DNA of 64,000 nucleotides from NCBI GenBank assembly GCA_043228905.1, contig JBHGNT010000015.1, positions 7,130,001-7,194,000 of the forward strand, read 5' to 3'. Below, piece after piece: positions 25,589-40,140 of the stretch. The stretch comes from Azolla caroliniana (lineage: Eukaryota > Plantae > Polypodiophyta). Numbering within the stretch: the first letter of the stretch is position 1; the number at the start of each line of letters is the position of its first letter. The position numbers were made by a program, and so were the translations under genes. Under the pieces are notes generated by a model. It worked only from the letters and a program-made list of their open reading frames with translations, ran no database searches and had not been told where the DNA came from.

Positions 25589-27559
25589 CTTGTAGATAAG
25601 AAATCGGCAGACAGTCGATGCAGCCAGATCGCTTCCTTCGTTGCCTCTGATGCTGCTATGTACTCGGCCTCTGTGGTCGACAGGGCCGTGCACTCTTGAA
25701 GCTTCGACCTCCATGATATTGCACCGCCACCATAGGTGAAGATATAGCCTGATGTTGACTTCCACTTGTCCGTATTTCTGGCATAGTCAGAGTCAGTGTA
25801 ACCTTCAACTTCGGTTGAGGTTGTCAAACCGAAAGTCGGCTATGTATCTTTGGTCCCTCTCAGGTACTTGAAGACGTGCTTGACGGCCTCCCAATGCTTT
25901 CGTCTTGGGTTTATCATGTACCGGCTAACCACTCCTACGACATAGGCTAGGTCAGGTCAGATCGCCACCATTGAGTACATGATACTTCCTACGGCCGATG
26001 TGTTGGGCATCTTTCCATTAAGCTCTCTCTCCTTGTCCATTGAAGGAGAGTCTCTGTTTGATAGTTGGGTCGATGTCGGAATCGGTGTTGGTGCTAGCTT
26101 CACATTTTGCATGTTGAAGCGCCTCAGCACCTTCCGGATATAGTCGCTTTGGGAGAGTCGGAGAGTCTTGGTCGTCCGATTTCGCTCGATCCTCACGCCC
26201 AGTATGTGACGGGCTTATCCGAGTTCCTTCATCGCGAACTTGTCGTGAAGGCTCCGCTTCAGCTTAAATCTGATCTCTGCTTGATTGCTTCCTGCAATCA
26301 TTATGTCGTCGACATATAGGATCAGATAAATCCTAGACTTGTCGGCCAGTTGCCGATTATACATGCATGGGTCGGAGTCGGATTGGTGGTATCCAAGTTG
26401 CCTAATGTAGGACTCAAACTTCTGGTACCACATCCTCGGCACTTGTTTCAGGCCATAGAGGCTTTTCTTTAGTCGACATACAAGGTGACTTTCCTCCACC
26501 GTTGCTGTGAAGCCTGCCGGTTGAGACATATAGATGTCTTCTTCTAGATCTCCGTGTAGGAACACCCTCTTTATGTCCATTTGCTTGAGCTCTAGGTCTT
26601 CTGTCGCTACAACTCCTAGTAGGAGTCGGAGGGTGGTCATCTTGAATACTGGTGAGAATATCTTGTCGTAGTCGACCTTGTATTCTTGTTTGAAGCCCTT
26701 CACGATGAGCCGAGCTTTGTACTTGGGTTTTTCTGAGTCGGATACATATTTGTATTGGAAAACGCATTTGCAGGGTAGCGGCTTTCTTCCAGCTAGTAGT
26801 TCGACCAACTCCCATGTCTGATTGTGAATCGAGTCCATTTCAGATTTCATGGCTTGGAGCCATGTTTCGATGTCCGTTGCGGGCATAGCTTCTTCATAAG
26901 TGCCTGGCTCGCCCGCATCTATGTAGTTGAGGTTGTCGAGGCCAGGTTGGTAGAACTTTGTTTTCCTTTGAGCTCGTCCAGATCTCCTGGTTGTCGAGAT
27001 AAGGGATTTGGAGTGTTCGACGGTCGAACGGTATTTGTTGAACCATTTGTGTCAGGAGTCTTGTTAGGTGACCCGCCCCCAAGTTGGGATTTTGGTGGTG
27101 TCACGTTGTCCTCCCATATGGATTTTGTCGACTCGGTTCTGTTTCCTACTCGCATCTTGTTGACTTCGTCTTCTTCGACTCTGTCTTCGAGTTTGACTGG
27201 TGGAGTTTCTACCAATTCAGAGTTGGCAGATATGTTATCGGCTTGGTCGAGTTCGACTGTTTGTCAAATCTTTGAGTTGGCCCGGTGAGTTGGTCCTTCT
27301 ACGATGTCTCTGTCATCTTTGAAGGATACCTTTTTACCAACTATTTTTTGCTGGTTCCGGCGAGAGAAGATAGAGTCTTCATTGAAGATTACGTCACTGC
27401 TCCTGATTAGTTTCCGGTTCTCAGGGTCCCATAGCCGGTAGGCAAAGTCCCCATTGGTTCCGTAACCGAGAAATATGCATTTCGTTGCATGGGATGCCAA
27501 CTTGGTCCTTTTCTCCCTGGGGATGAACGCGTAGGCTTCGCATCCGAATACATGGAGCC

Positions 27560-30500
27560 TGCCATGATATGGCAAGACTCGAACCCATAACCTTGTGTTA
27601 CATGGGTCGATCTCTTGACCATTACACTCTATCTATTGTAATACGTAGGATATTATTTTTATTTAAGTTTTACTATAGAAAATTAATGTATATTCCAGAT
27701 TTCTCTGGAACATTCTAGAAGCTTCAAGATTACTCCTGAGAACACTATAAAAGGAGGCACAAGGCATTATTTCGAACCAAATCGGTTCAACGCCAATCTT
27801 AAGCCTCCTAGCCTTCCTTGTATATTCTTCTCACATAATATATCGTTGTCATCATAATTCTCTCTCTCTCTCCTTCTCTTGAGTGTTCTACACCCTCTAT
27901 TCCTCTTAGTACTAATATTCCTCTCTTAGTACTAATTTCTTCTCTGTCTCAGTACTATTCCTGACAATTCGATTTCCCCTCCTTCCATCTCCTCCTTTCC
28001 TCCTCTTCCTTTTATCTTCTTACATATCCCCTTTTTTCCGGTTTCCCTCATCTTCTTACCCCTTTTTTCCCTTCATACTAATCCTCTTATCCTCCCTAGT
28101 AAAATGGAAACTGTTAGCACTCAGGAATACCAATCTGTTTTCTCGGAGCTCCAGTGCTTAAAAGAGAAATTTGTAGCACTAGAACAAGAAAATCACCGTT
28201 TGTTGGGGGATCTTCAACAAATAGCACTGGAAAAACAACAACACGGGGAGCCGACGTTACATGTACAACAACTTGAAGCGACTATTGTATCACTACAACA
28301 ACAAGGATCAAGCACTCAAGGGATTCACAAAGAACCCAAGATCGGTCTTCCTGCAAAATTTGATGGGACCCGATCACAGTTTAGTGGTTTTCTAAATCAG
28401 GTACATTTAGTGATTGAAATGCATCCTTCTCGATATCCCACCGATGCATCACGAGTGGGACTAGTAGGCACTCTACTTAGTGGCTCAACATTGGCATGGT
28501 TTGCTCCGTTGTTAGAAAAGGAATCTCCATTACTAAACAATTTTGAAGAATTTATAAGTGAGTTTAAAGCCTGTTTTGGAGATACTGATAGCATAAGGAC
28601 AACAATCAACAAAATCCGACGATTACGCCAAGGTGATCGTCCAGCCTCTGCATATGTTGTAGATTTCCGCCTACTCGCCGCCAATATCCTTTGGGATGAT
28701 CAAGCATTGATGGAGCAATTTCGTTAGGTTTATGCAACGATGTCAAGGATTTACTCTTGACCTTCCCAGAAGAACCAAAGTTATTAACAAAAGCAATCAG
28801 TCGCGCGGTGAGATGCGACAACCGCCTTTTCGAACGACGTTCGGAACGACAATTCCAGATGCCGAGGGAAAAATCAGAGCCCACCTACGCCTCAGTGGTA
28901 GCGAAACCTTTTTTGAGGGAGTCATATAATGCGTCTCCAGTGAATACTCTGACTCCGATGGAGATTGACACTACACGTCGTCGCGGACCATTATCGGAAG
29001 AAGAAAAGCAACGACGTCGAGCAAATCGACTATGTCTTTATTGCGGTGGACCAGGGCATATTGCAATAAATTGTCCCCATAGGCCAAGAAGACAGGTAAA
29101 CCAAATAGTTGCTAGTTCTAACTGTACTAAACTCGAGTCTATTTCAGTAGGAATATCTGATAGTCCTAATAGTACTAATAGCCCAAATCTAGCGAACAAA
29201 TTTGATGTCCTTAGTTAGTTAGAAGAAGAGTTAAACGACTAAGTCCAGCCAAAATAGGAGCCATTTGGTTGGACAACCCTAGATCTGTGCAACCCATTAG
29301 TGGTTCCATTCCATCTGAGCAAGTTAGCAATGTGTTCGTAGCCCAAGTAACAGTTAGTACTAAAAGTACCCCTCCAGTACATGTCTTAGCACTTCTAGAT
29401 TCCGGAGCCAATTCTTGCTTCATGGATAGGAATTTTGCCCAAGCTCATCAGATATCTCTCAGAAAACTCCCGTGTCTAGCCTCTGTAGTAGTCATTGATG
29501 GTCGTCCCATTGCTTCCAGAAATATCATAGAAGAGTCAGAGCCCGTTAATATTGTCCTAGATAATCTAGCGTGTGTAGTATCATTTAATATAATTAGTAT
29601 CCCAGAACATCCAATTGTTTTAGGATTACCATGGTTCAAATTACATAACCCAAACATAGATTGGAGAACAAGAGAAATCCGGTATTGACAAGCACAAGGA
29701 TCTACTCATAACATTGCAACCATTTCGCTACATCAGTTGTAGGAAGAAGGACGCAAGGAAGAAACACAATATCAATAAAACCCTCTGACACCACTAGAGA
29801 GGAGTCCACCATTCAACTTCCAAAGAAGTATCATCATTATGCCGATGTGTTCGATAAAGTACAAGCCAATACGCTTCCTCACCATCGACCATATGATTGC
29901 CCCATCGATTTACAACTGGGAAAAGAGCCACCATGGGGACCGATCTACAATTTGTCAACTGAGCTAGAAGTCCTTCGAGCCTATATAGAGGAGAATTTGG
30001 AAAATGGTTTCATTCGGCATTCAAAATCTCTAGCCGGCACATCCATTTTCTTCGTCAAGAAAAAGGATGGATCACATCGTCTCATTGTAGATTACCGTGG
30101 CTTGAATAAGGTTCCCATCAGAAATAGGTATGCACTTCCCCTTATCTCAAGTCTTTTACAACGGATCAATGGTGCAAGGTTCTTCACGAAGATCGATTTA
30201 CGGGGAACATATAACCTCGTACGGATCCGACTAGGAGATGAATGGAAGACTGTGTTTCGCACTGGATATGGGCACTTCAAGTATACGGTCATGCCGTTCA
30301 GCTTCACTAATGCGCCAACAATCTTCCAGCACATGACAAATGATATATTCCGAGATCTCTTGGATGTTTGTTTGATCATCTATTTGGATGATCTACTGGT
30401 TTATTCGAAGAACCAAGAAGAGCATGATTCTCATGTATTGTTAGTACTAAAACGACTTCGAGAACATGGTCTTTATGCAAAGCTGGAAAAATGTAGTTTC

Positions 30501-33075
30501 GGGTGCAACCAGGTGGAATTTCTGGGCTATGTCATCTACTCGGAAGGCATCTCCATGGATTCAGCTAAGGTCAAAATGGTGGTAGAGTGGCAAACTCTGC
30601 GTTCATTGCGAGATGTGCAATGCTTTTTAGGCTTTGCCAATTTCTACCGCAAGTTTATACAGGATTACTCAAAGCTTGTTCTGCCTCTCACACAACTTAC
30701 TAAGACGGGACAATTGTTCGTTTGGTCTGAAGAAGCGGACATGGCTTTTGAGAATCTTAAGAAGGCCTTTACATCGGCTCCTATTCTAGCTCACGTTGAT
30801 CTGGAAAAACCATTCATCATGGAAGCGGACACGTCGGATTTCGCATTGGGTAGCATTATGTCACAACAAGGTAATGATGAAAAGCTACATCCTGTGGCTT
30901 CCACTCACGCAAGTTTGACGCCGCCGAAATCAACTATGAAATTGATGATAAGGAGCTATTAGCAATAGTGGACTCTTTTACGCAATGGAGGCATTTTCTA
31001 GAGGGATCCTCTCATCAAATCATCGTATTCAGTGATCACAAAAACCTTGCCTACTTTCAGAGTGCTCGTGTGTTAAATCGACGTCAAGCTCGGTGGGCCC
31101 AATTCCTCACGCGTTTCGACTTCAAAATTACAAATCGTCCGGGGAAGCACCAAGGGAAGGCAGATGCATTATCACGTCATTCGTATCTAGCACCGCGTCC
31201 TAGCGAGCCAACTTTTGATAACCAAAAGCAAGTAATCTTGGGACCGCCACGATTGCAAGCAACACAGGTCTTCGGCTTGCCCTTGGATTCTCACATTATC
31301 GATACCATATGTGAGAACTTGAAGACAAATGCTTTCGCCCAAGCCATTCTAGCACAAATTGATCCCTCTCGAGCATCCTGTTCACAATCGCAACAACCAG
31401 GTACGGACTATCGACAATTCGAATGTCATGATGGATTACTATTCTTTAAGAAACTCTTGTATGTTCCTAATGGTTCTTGCCGCCTTCGAGTAGTCCAAAA
31501 CTATCATGACACATATACAGCTGGGCATTTTGGTAGTACTAGGACATTAGATTTAGTACAATGATCATTTTGGTGGCCTTGTATGTGATAATTTGTCGAA
31601 GATTTTGTTTGGACTTGTGATACATGTTGCAAAGCAAAAATGCCAAGGCATCATCCATATGGTTTATTAGAACCATTACCAATTCCAAGCAAGCCGTGGC
31701 AATCCATTGCTCTAGATTTAATCACAGATCTTCCAGTCTCTAAGGGATTCAATGCGATTTTAACAGTAGTAAATCGATATATGAAGATGGCTCATTTCTT
31801 GCCATGTACTAAGGAAATCTCTAATGAAGATACCGTCGAAATTGTCATGCGTGAAGTATGTCGGCATCATGACCTTCCTGATAATATCATCAGCGACCGT
31901 GGACCCTAGTTCGTCTCAAAATTCTGGAAGCATCTTTTCAAAATGCTCAAGGTCACTTGTAACCTCTCCTCCGTCTACCACCCGCAAATCGACGGCCAAG
32001 CAGAATGAACAAATCAAACGCTGGAGCAGTATCTTCGGTGCTTTCTAAGCTATCATCAAGATGACTGGGCGGATATTCTCCACTTCGCCGAATTTGCCTA
32101 TAATAACTCTGTCCACTCATCGACTAAAGTTACACCATTTTATGCTTATACGGGTTGTCACCCCCGGTGGTGTGTATTTGAAACCCCATAGTTACCCACA
32201 AATCCTTGCGCAGAGGATCGTTTGGAACGGTTATGCAATATACAAGCAGATTTATCTACTCATCTACAGCAAGCTCAACAAACACACAAGGTTTACACGG
32301 ATCGTCATCGGCTTCCATCTAGTTGGCTACAACAACGACACATCAAGACTACTCGCCCATGCGAAAAGTTGGATTATCTATGATTAGGTCCTTTCCGTAT
32401 TATCGGAAAGATTAATGATGTCTCTTTTTGTCTCGATCTACCCCCGCAACTTCGCATACATTTGGTTTTTCATAGTTCTCTCGTCGAACCCTATCAAGAC
32501 AGCACCATCCCAGGACGTATTCCACAACCTCCACCCCCGATCGAACTTGAAGATGGACCTGAGTACAAGGTTGCCGCCATCCTCGATTCCAAGATTGTTC
32601 GCAACAAGCTCTACTATTTAGTTGATTGGCTAGGATATTGTCCCAACGAGCGTACTTGGGAACCAATAGAGAATGTGACCAATGCTCGTGCTCTTCTTGA
32701 AGACTTCTATCGTCAATATCCAGTCCAAAACGACTCGTGACACTCATCGTTTTAAAGGGGTGATAGTGTCATGATATGGCTAGACTCGAACCCATGACCT
32801 TATGTTACATGGGTTGAGCTCTTGACCATTACATTATCTATTGTAATATAGAGGATATTATTTTTATTTAAGTTTTACTATAGAAAATTAATGTATATTC
32901 CAAATTTCTTTGGAACATTCTAGAAGCTTCAGGACCACTCCTGAGAACACTATAAAAGGAGGCACAAGGCATTATTTCGAACCAAATCGGTTCAACGCCA
33001 GTCTTAAGCCTCCTAGCCTTCCTTGTATATTCTTCTCACATAATATATCGTTGTCATCATAATTTTCTCTCCCTC

Positions 33076-33114
<39 letters not shown>

Positions 33115-33177
33115 TTCTACACCCTCTATTCCTCTCTTAGTACTAATTTCTTCTCTGTCTTAGTACTATTCCTGACA
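27560..33177 (+). mobile_element. Ty3/gypsy chromovirus (Tcn1-like) element D, degenerate
   Basis: LTRs at 27560-27966 and 32767-33177; TSD GAGCC/GAACC; PPT before 32767; homologous to element E. Confidence 0.93.
28104..32740 (+). pseudogene. Element D gag-pol (gag, PR, RT, RH, INT, chromodomain) with multiple stops
   Basis: CLYCGGPGHIAINC, LLDSGA, YLDD, and the EYKVAAILDS...WLGY...TWEP chromodomain. Confidence 0.92.
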
Positions 33178-34512
33178 GAACCTATAGTAGGTTAGCTGTT
33201 TTCCTGACCATAGTGCCCGTGGCACTTCGAGCTTGATTGCCTTTGATAGTGATAGGTTTACCAAGTGTACTGTTGTCTGCAATGCTTCAGCCTAGAACTC
33301 TAGCTTCAATCCAACTTGTTGGAGTATTGCCGTCACCCTCTCCTGGATCGTTCGATTGATCCATTCTGCCACTCCATTCTGCATGGGTGTGTAAGGAACA
33401 GTCTTTTAATGCCGGATCCCTTTGTTGAACAAGTATTGCTTGAAGGCTCTGGTGGTATATTCGCCTCCGTTGTCGGATCAGAGTGTCTTCACTTTGTGTC
33501 CTGACCGGTTCTCCACTTCAGATATCCACCGAGTGAAGACCTCAAGCACTTTGTCTTTGGACTTGATCAAGTAGACCCAGACCTTTTGTGTACAATCATC
33601 TACAAAGGTGATGAATTACCGGGAGCCTTCTAGTGATCGTTCTAGCATGGGCCTAGATATATTTGTGTGCACGAGCTCTAGGGGTTGCCATATCGTCTCG
33701 TAGGAGAGAGAGTGTGGACTTCGGGTCTGTTTCCCCGTATTTACAATGCTCATATAAGTCCGTATTTGCTTGGAGTTTAGGGATGTAGCTAACCGCCATC
33801 AGCTGATCGAGTCTGGCTTGAGACATATGGCCGAGTCGACCATGCCATAGGTTTGGGTCGGTCTTTTCGGTTACGTTCATGGCCCCTTTTGGATTGATCA
33901 CCATTAATGGGCACAAGTTATTGTACTTGTGTCCACTCCCAATTGTGAGATTTCCCCGGTTGATCATCCATATCGACTCACTTAGAGTCGTTCGGTACCC
34001 GTCTTCGGCTAACATGCCGATGGAGACCAGACTCCTTTTGAGATTGGGTACATGCTTGACTTGGTGCAGGGTGATCATGTTTCCATTGGGCAATCAGATG
34101 GGAACCTCTCCGTTACCTAGTCGGACTGTGCCATTGGCATCGGCTGAATAATTCGAAAAACATTAAATGTTGGGGGTCACATGGAATGTGGCACCAGAAT
34201 CCAGTAACCATGTGTGTGCATCTTGTGCATTGTAGAGGAATTCTCCGATCATAGAGTCCTCTAAGGAGAGAATTTCTCCGTATCGGGAGTCAGCAACATT
34301 GATTTGATTGCCGACTGGAGACTGGTTCGAGTTGGGTCAGCCTCGATTTCGTTTGGATCGCCGATCATTCTCTTTCCTCTTGATCTACTAGCAGTCGGAA
34401 ACAATGTGGCCAACTTTTCTGTAGTGTGTGCAAACTTTGCTTGATCGTCTTGTTCTCGACTTCGATCGCTGTCGGTCTTCCCTCGTTTTTGATCAATTGG
34501 TATTCTGACCGG

Positions 34513-35944
34513 TGTCGTGTGGTTTTTTACACACGATATGAAAAATAGTAAAATAATGATTTAAGATTAGCTTAATGGTTTGATATGGAAAGATAGACGT
34601 CTTCAAGAGCTTTCGAATGCATTTTACTACATGTGAAACAGACAACTAAGTATCAAGTTATGTGAGTTTAAGTTTGAGAAGATTGGGAAAACAAAATGGT
34701 GAGATATCCCACATAGATAGGACAGCCTCGGATCCCACATTATATAAAGTGACCAAGAACCTATTACTTCATATTTGTGTGTTTAAAGCACAAAATGATC
34801 AAGGTGATCTAGGCCTTTATTGTTCAAACACATTGTGGATGGATTGCTTAAAATCATCCGAACAGGATGCGCGTGCATGGCTCGGTGGCTTGGTAGTAGG
34901 ACATGTGCACACGGTTCAGAACTTCCAGTTAGGATGCGCGTGCACGACTCGATAGCTTGGTCATGGGATGCGTGCACACGTTTATTGTTCAAACACATTG
35001 TGGATGGATTGCTTAAAATGGTCCAGTCAGTATGCGTGTGCACGGCTCGGTGGCTTGGTCATGGGACTCGTGCACACCTTTATTGTTCAAACATATTGTG
35101 GATGGATTGCTTAAAATGATCCGATCAAGATGCGCGTGCATGGTTCGGTGGCTTGGTCGCAGGATGCGTGCACATGGTTTAGAACGTCCGGTCAGGACGC
35201 GCGTGCATGGCTCGGTGGCTTGGTCGTGGGATGCGTGCACACCTTTATTGTTCAAACACATTGTGGATGGATTGCTTAAAATGGTCCGGTCAGGATGCGC
35301 GTGCATGGTTCGGTGGGTTGGTCGCAGGATGCGTGCACATGGTTCAGAACGTCCGGTCAGGACGCGTGTGCATGGCTCGGTGGCTTGGTCGTGGGATGCG
35401 TGCACACCTTTATTGTTCAAACACATTGTGGATGGATTGCGTGCACGGCTCTAGTAAGTCAGGACGATGCACGGGCTGAACTTTATGGATCATGTGGCTG
35501 AATTATACGGATGGTCACATGCAACTAAAAGTAGACGCCATGCAACTAAAGTAAGGTCATGTGTGGACGCATGGAACTGAACATCAAGGGCCATGATCAA
35601 CAAAGAACTCCATATATATTCCACACTCTTCTTTTCTCCATTTTTTTCTTCTTCTCTCGATTCCTTGGAAACAATCTCTCATATTCATATCGAACCACTC
35701 CTTATATGGTTGCCGAATCCTCTCTTTTAGAAAAATATCTCTCATTTTCATATCCGATCCGTTGTAACATGATTCTTACATTATAGAAGAATCTATTATT
35801 TTGCAATAAACTAATGTTTCTTTCACCTATGTGTATTATGTGTAAATCTTGCTTGTGTTAAGTGTGTGAGCCTTAATTCCTTCTAGTCCATAACCCCAAC
35901 GGTTTCGCCTCACAATCCGCACATAATGACGGATTTTCACGACA
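34513..35944 (+). mobile_element. Solo LTR H (1432 bp) with 4-bp TSD and an internal tandem array
   Basis: TGTCGTG...CACGACA termini; CCGG on both flanks; splits the copia B gag; ~165-bp repeats at 34814-35440. Confidence 0.85.
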
Positions 35945-38900
35945 CCGGTTCTATTGGCTTGTTCTCTCATACTACTTTGTTAGTTGAATGACTCGATCAA
36001 GTGATGGGTTTCTGCCATCGATGGTAAGTCCCATCGATTTTCACCGAATGTCCTCGGTGAGGACTTGGCCGATCGTCTCATCCAGATTTAGGATCAACCG
36101 ACTATTGGCGTATGTTGTGCAGAATACCACCCAACTCACTGGCAAGCTTGATAGGAGGGCAAGTGCTTTTACTTCTTCTTCGAAGTTGATCCCTTGTAAG
36201 GAGAGTTCTGACAACACCCGGTTGAAGGTGTTGATGTGAGAGGTAGCCAGATTGGTCTCTCTCATCTTCATGTTGAACAGTTGTTTGATCAAGATCAAAT
36301 TGGAAGATGAGGACTTTTTCTCGTACACGACTTGTAACTTCTCCCATAATGAGAACATTGTCGTCTCTTTTGCCATGCTGAAGTAGACGTTTTTGGCTAG
36401 GTGCATTCAAATGGTGGAGCGTGCGATTTCATCCATTGATCTCCACTCATCGGCTGACATTGATGCAGACTTTTCGGAGTGTCGAATGGCCTCGACCTGT
36501 CTTCGAATAATCAGTACATCCTGCATCATCTCCTTCCATAGGGCAAAGTTTTTGCCATTGAATTTTCGGATCTCAACTCCTGTACTGGATGTTGATGCCA
36601 TGATTCTTTGAAAGTGAGATTTGCTAACCTGGTCTTTTTCCTTTCAGCTTATTTTTTGATGTTTGTTGCTGCCGAGCCGCAGATCGCTCTGATACCAGTT
36701 GAAGGACAGGTATGTGCGGAAATGTATGTGAGGACCTATCGGTTGTGCTCCACAAACAACACAAAAGGAGGGCAAGAAGATATAGATAGATGTTAGATAC
36801 AAAGATGAAGCTTTAATGGAAGCTCTATTTCATTCTCTGTCTCACTCTCTCTTCAGAGACTCGATATACAACATGATCAAGTGATCTCTCTTTATAACGT
36901 TAGGTTGTCGCTTATATACAAAGCCCTAACTATATGGACGAGTTCACACTAGGATACAAAGTGGAAGGAGTCGGCCTTTTATGCCAACACATCGGGATTG
37001 AACTTGAAGATGATGACAATGCAAATGGTCTCACCGAGGATTGGGCCGAAGTCGAAAGAGTATGCCGAAGTCATGATAAGAGGAAGACAGAAATCTCGTT
37101 GGCAACAACATGGCCCATGAGGGATAGTCGATTGAGGACAAACGATCTGACCGATACAAAGGCCGAAGTACAATATGACAATACCATGGGAAAGGGTTTG
37201 GAGCAAGCTACCCTCTTGTCTTGTGAAAGAATGACAGCCAACGATAAGGCCGATGAATTGAGAGTAGCGAACACCACTTCAAAGGTGGAAAAAGGATTTG
37301 GGACACGATTGTTTGAAACATCGGATGATGAAGGGGTAAACATAATCGAAGCTTGCATGATTGAGGAGGGCAAAGAGTGTGAGGCCTATGGAGTTGAAGA
37401 GATAGTCATGGATAACGACATCGAGGCGAAGGTGACTAAGGATGATTCAATGGAGGACGATAATATCGAGTCCTTCCCACTAATTCTAGAGACTTCGGTA
37501 GTCGCATCTGAGAGTCAACTTGAGACCGAAGAGATGGGAGGTGGTGAGGAGGAAATGAAGTTCGAAGTCAATGCATACGATGGAGAGATAGTTGAGAAGG
37601 TGGCAATGGGCGAAACGATAGAGAACGGTGTCGTGATGTTGCGTGTCCAATGGGAGAAATTGTGAAATAGTGTAGTTCCATGCACATTACACAAACAATT
37701 ATAAATATGAAAATTATCCTAGGGCCTAGTGGCATTCGAGTGCATATAGAGGGGTGCAAACAAGATTTGAACCTCGCACCTCCAAGATAGGAGACATTTA
37801 TCTTACCATTAGGGCACTATGTTATGTATTTCTCAAGTGTGACATTAGTTTCCTCGATTCCTACATACACATCGTCATCTTTTCGACAATTTCGCGAACC
37901 TCCTCCCCGGTTCGAGACCCCGGTGGTCCTGCTCAAGCTGCGTACTTCCGTTGAGCGGGACCACCGGGGTCTCGAACCGGGGAGGAGATGACGATGTGTA
38001 TGTAGGAATCGAGGAAACTAATGTCACACTTGAGAAGACCGATGATTATTTATACTTGAGAAGAAGATAGATGTGAAGAAGAAAAATAAGAAGAGTATTA
38101 TGTTATTATTGATGATGATGATGATGATGATGATGTCCAAATTGACCCCCCCCCCCCCCCCCCCTTACACAAGACTTACGAGGGTTTTTATAGGTCTATC
38201 CATGTTTCTATCATGCACAAGACCATGGGCTTGGATCCATGGTTTTTGGGCACACGGTTTTTCTTGTGCATGCACAAAACCATGGGCTTGGAACATGGTT
38301 TTGTGCACACGGTTTTGTACGGTTGTTTTCCTATGCCTTTTGAATATGAAAAGAAATACAAAGTATGTTGTAGTGCCCTAATGGTAAGATAAATGTCTCC
38401 TATTTTGGAGGTGCGAGGTTCAAATCCTGTTTGCACCCCTCTATATGCACTCGAATGCCATTAGGCCCTAGGATAATTTTCATATTTATAATCGTTTGTG
38501 TAATGTGCGTGGAACTATACTATTTCACAATTTCTCCCATTGGACACGCAACATCATGACATCCACGCCCACCAAACCGCACATCCTCTGGCATGTGCCA
38601 AGAAGAAAAGAGTGATGTGGTGGACTCAAAGCTGGTTGGCCTTTGATTTATTTCTTTCTTACGCCTCACCTGCGGTGGACTTTGTCCTCCATTTTGAGCA
38701 CATGCTTCCTTCCACCCGAACCATCGTCACCACCCGATCAACCATATCATTCGCTCGCCCTTCCCATTGTCATCACCACTTCTCATAGCCCCTTTTGCTC
38801 CTCCTAAGCGTAACCCTTCATGCATCGTACATGTGCCGCCTTTGTCCCGACCATCTCCGTGGTAATCAAACTTCCTTTGATCGTCCTTTCTTGTTTCATG

Positions 38901-40140
38901 TTTGCGTTTCCTCATGCTCAGTAACCTCGACTCGGTGTCGCGGCTCCTCTGCTTCGACCTTCGGCTTGGCCGGCTCAACTTTTCTCTGGATCGGTCTCGA
39001 GCAATCAGCTTCTGGCTTGGCCGGTCTTCTTCCGGATTCACATTCGGCCGAATCGGACTCAGATGATCGTCTTCCCTCCGGGTCGGCATCCGTCCGGGTT
39101 TCTGTTGGGTCAGGTCCGGTTGATTAGCTCCCGTCCAGGTCGGCTTCTGTTCGGGTCGAAATACCAACCATTGCATCTTCCATCCTGATTGTCTTCCGGT
39201 TCTTCCTTTCTTGCCACTCTCTGGCTCTTCATCAAACTCTATTGTCGCTTTATTCTTGGCCTCCTTGTTGGCCACTGTTCCTCCATATGTGATGGTTTCG
39301 ACCCTCATCTCCTCGCTGCCACCTTCCATCTCTCCGGTCTTATGTTGGCTCCCGTGCACAATTGCCAAAGTCTCCGCAACTGGTGTGGAGGGATCCCTTA
39401 GTTTGTGGTCATCGTCCTCATCGCCGCTTTGGTCCTTCGATTTCTTGCCATCACCTTCCGTCTCTCTGATCTCACATTGGCACTTGGGCACAACTCCAGA
39501 AGTCTCAGGAACAATTGTGGGGAGAACCTTGGCACCATCGGTCACCGTCTTCTCATCCATAGCCATATTTTGCTCAACGTTGTTATTCTCATTGCCTTCA
39601 ATATTTGCTTCCCCACCACTTTCCGTCTCTTGGGTCTCATGTTGGCTCTCGAACGCAACTGCCCAAGTCTCTAGATCAAGTGTTGGGAAAGTCTTGACAC
39701 GGTCATCCGTTGTGGACTCTTCCAGAGCCATCTGCGACTCGATGTCATTCCTCGTGGCTACCACCTCAATCACATCGACCTCACACTCTTTACATCCCTC
39801 GATCATGCAAGGTTTGCTCATGCTTGCACCTTCATCACTCGATATTTCGGACACAACATGTGTTCCGAAATGCTCATCCACTCTTAAAGCAACATTTCCC
39901 ACTCTCGAGTCTTCGGCCTTTCTCTTGACCGTCGTTCCTCCGTAAGTCGAGAAGGTGGCTTGTTTCACACCTTCTCTCGTGGTATTGTCATAAAAAACAT
40001 GAGCCTTTGTATTGGCCACTTCATTAACCCATATTTGTTGGGAGGTCTCTTTTTCCTCGATCCCCGTTCTCCTCAGTTTTCGCTCCATTTTAAGCTCTTC
40101 TTCAAAATCACCTTGCACCTTTAAGTTCTTGAATGCTTCT

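Larger units (their letters stand above)
12044..36989 (-). mobile_element. Ty1/copia element B (degenerate), host to four further insertions
   Basis: 290-bp LTRs at 12044-12333 and 36700-36989; TSD CATCG; iMet PBS at 36686-36697; PPT next to 12334. Gag 36041-36601, protease WLLDSGATFH ~34180-34210, integrase 33180-33700 and 27264-27559, RT 25957-26886, RNase H 25597-25830 and 18634-18780. Confidence 0.93.

Noticed and set aside
34814-35440. CRISPR-like repeat-spacer array
   Set aside because: The intervening sequences are themselves repeats, the context is a eukaryotic LTR, and there are no cas genes.
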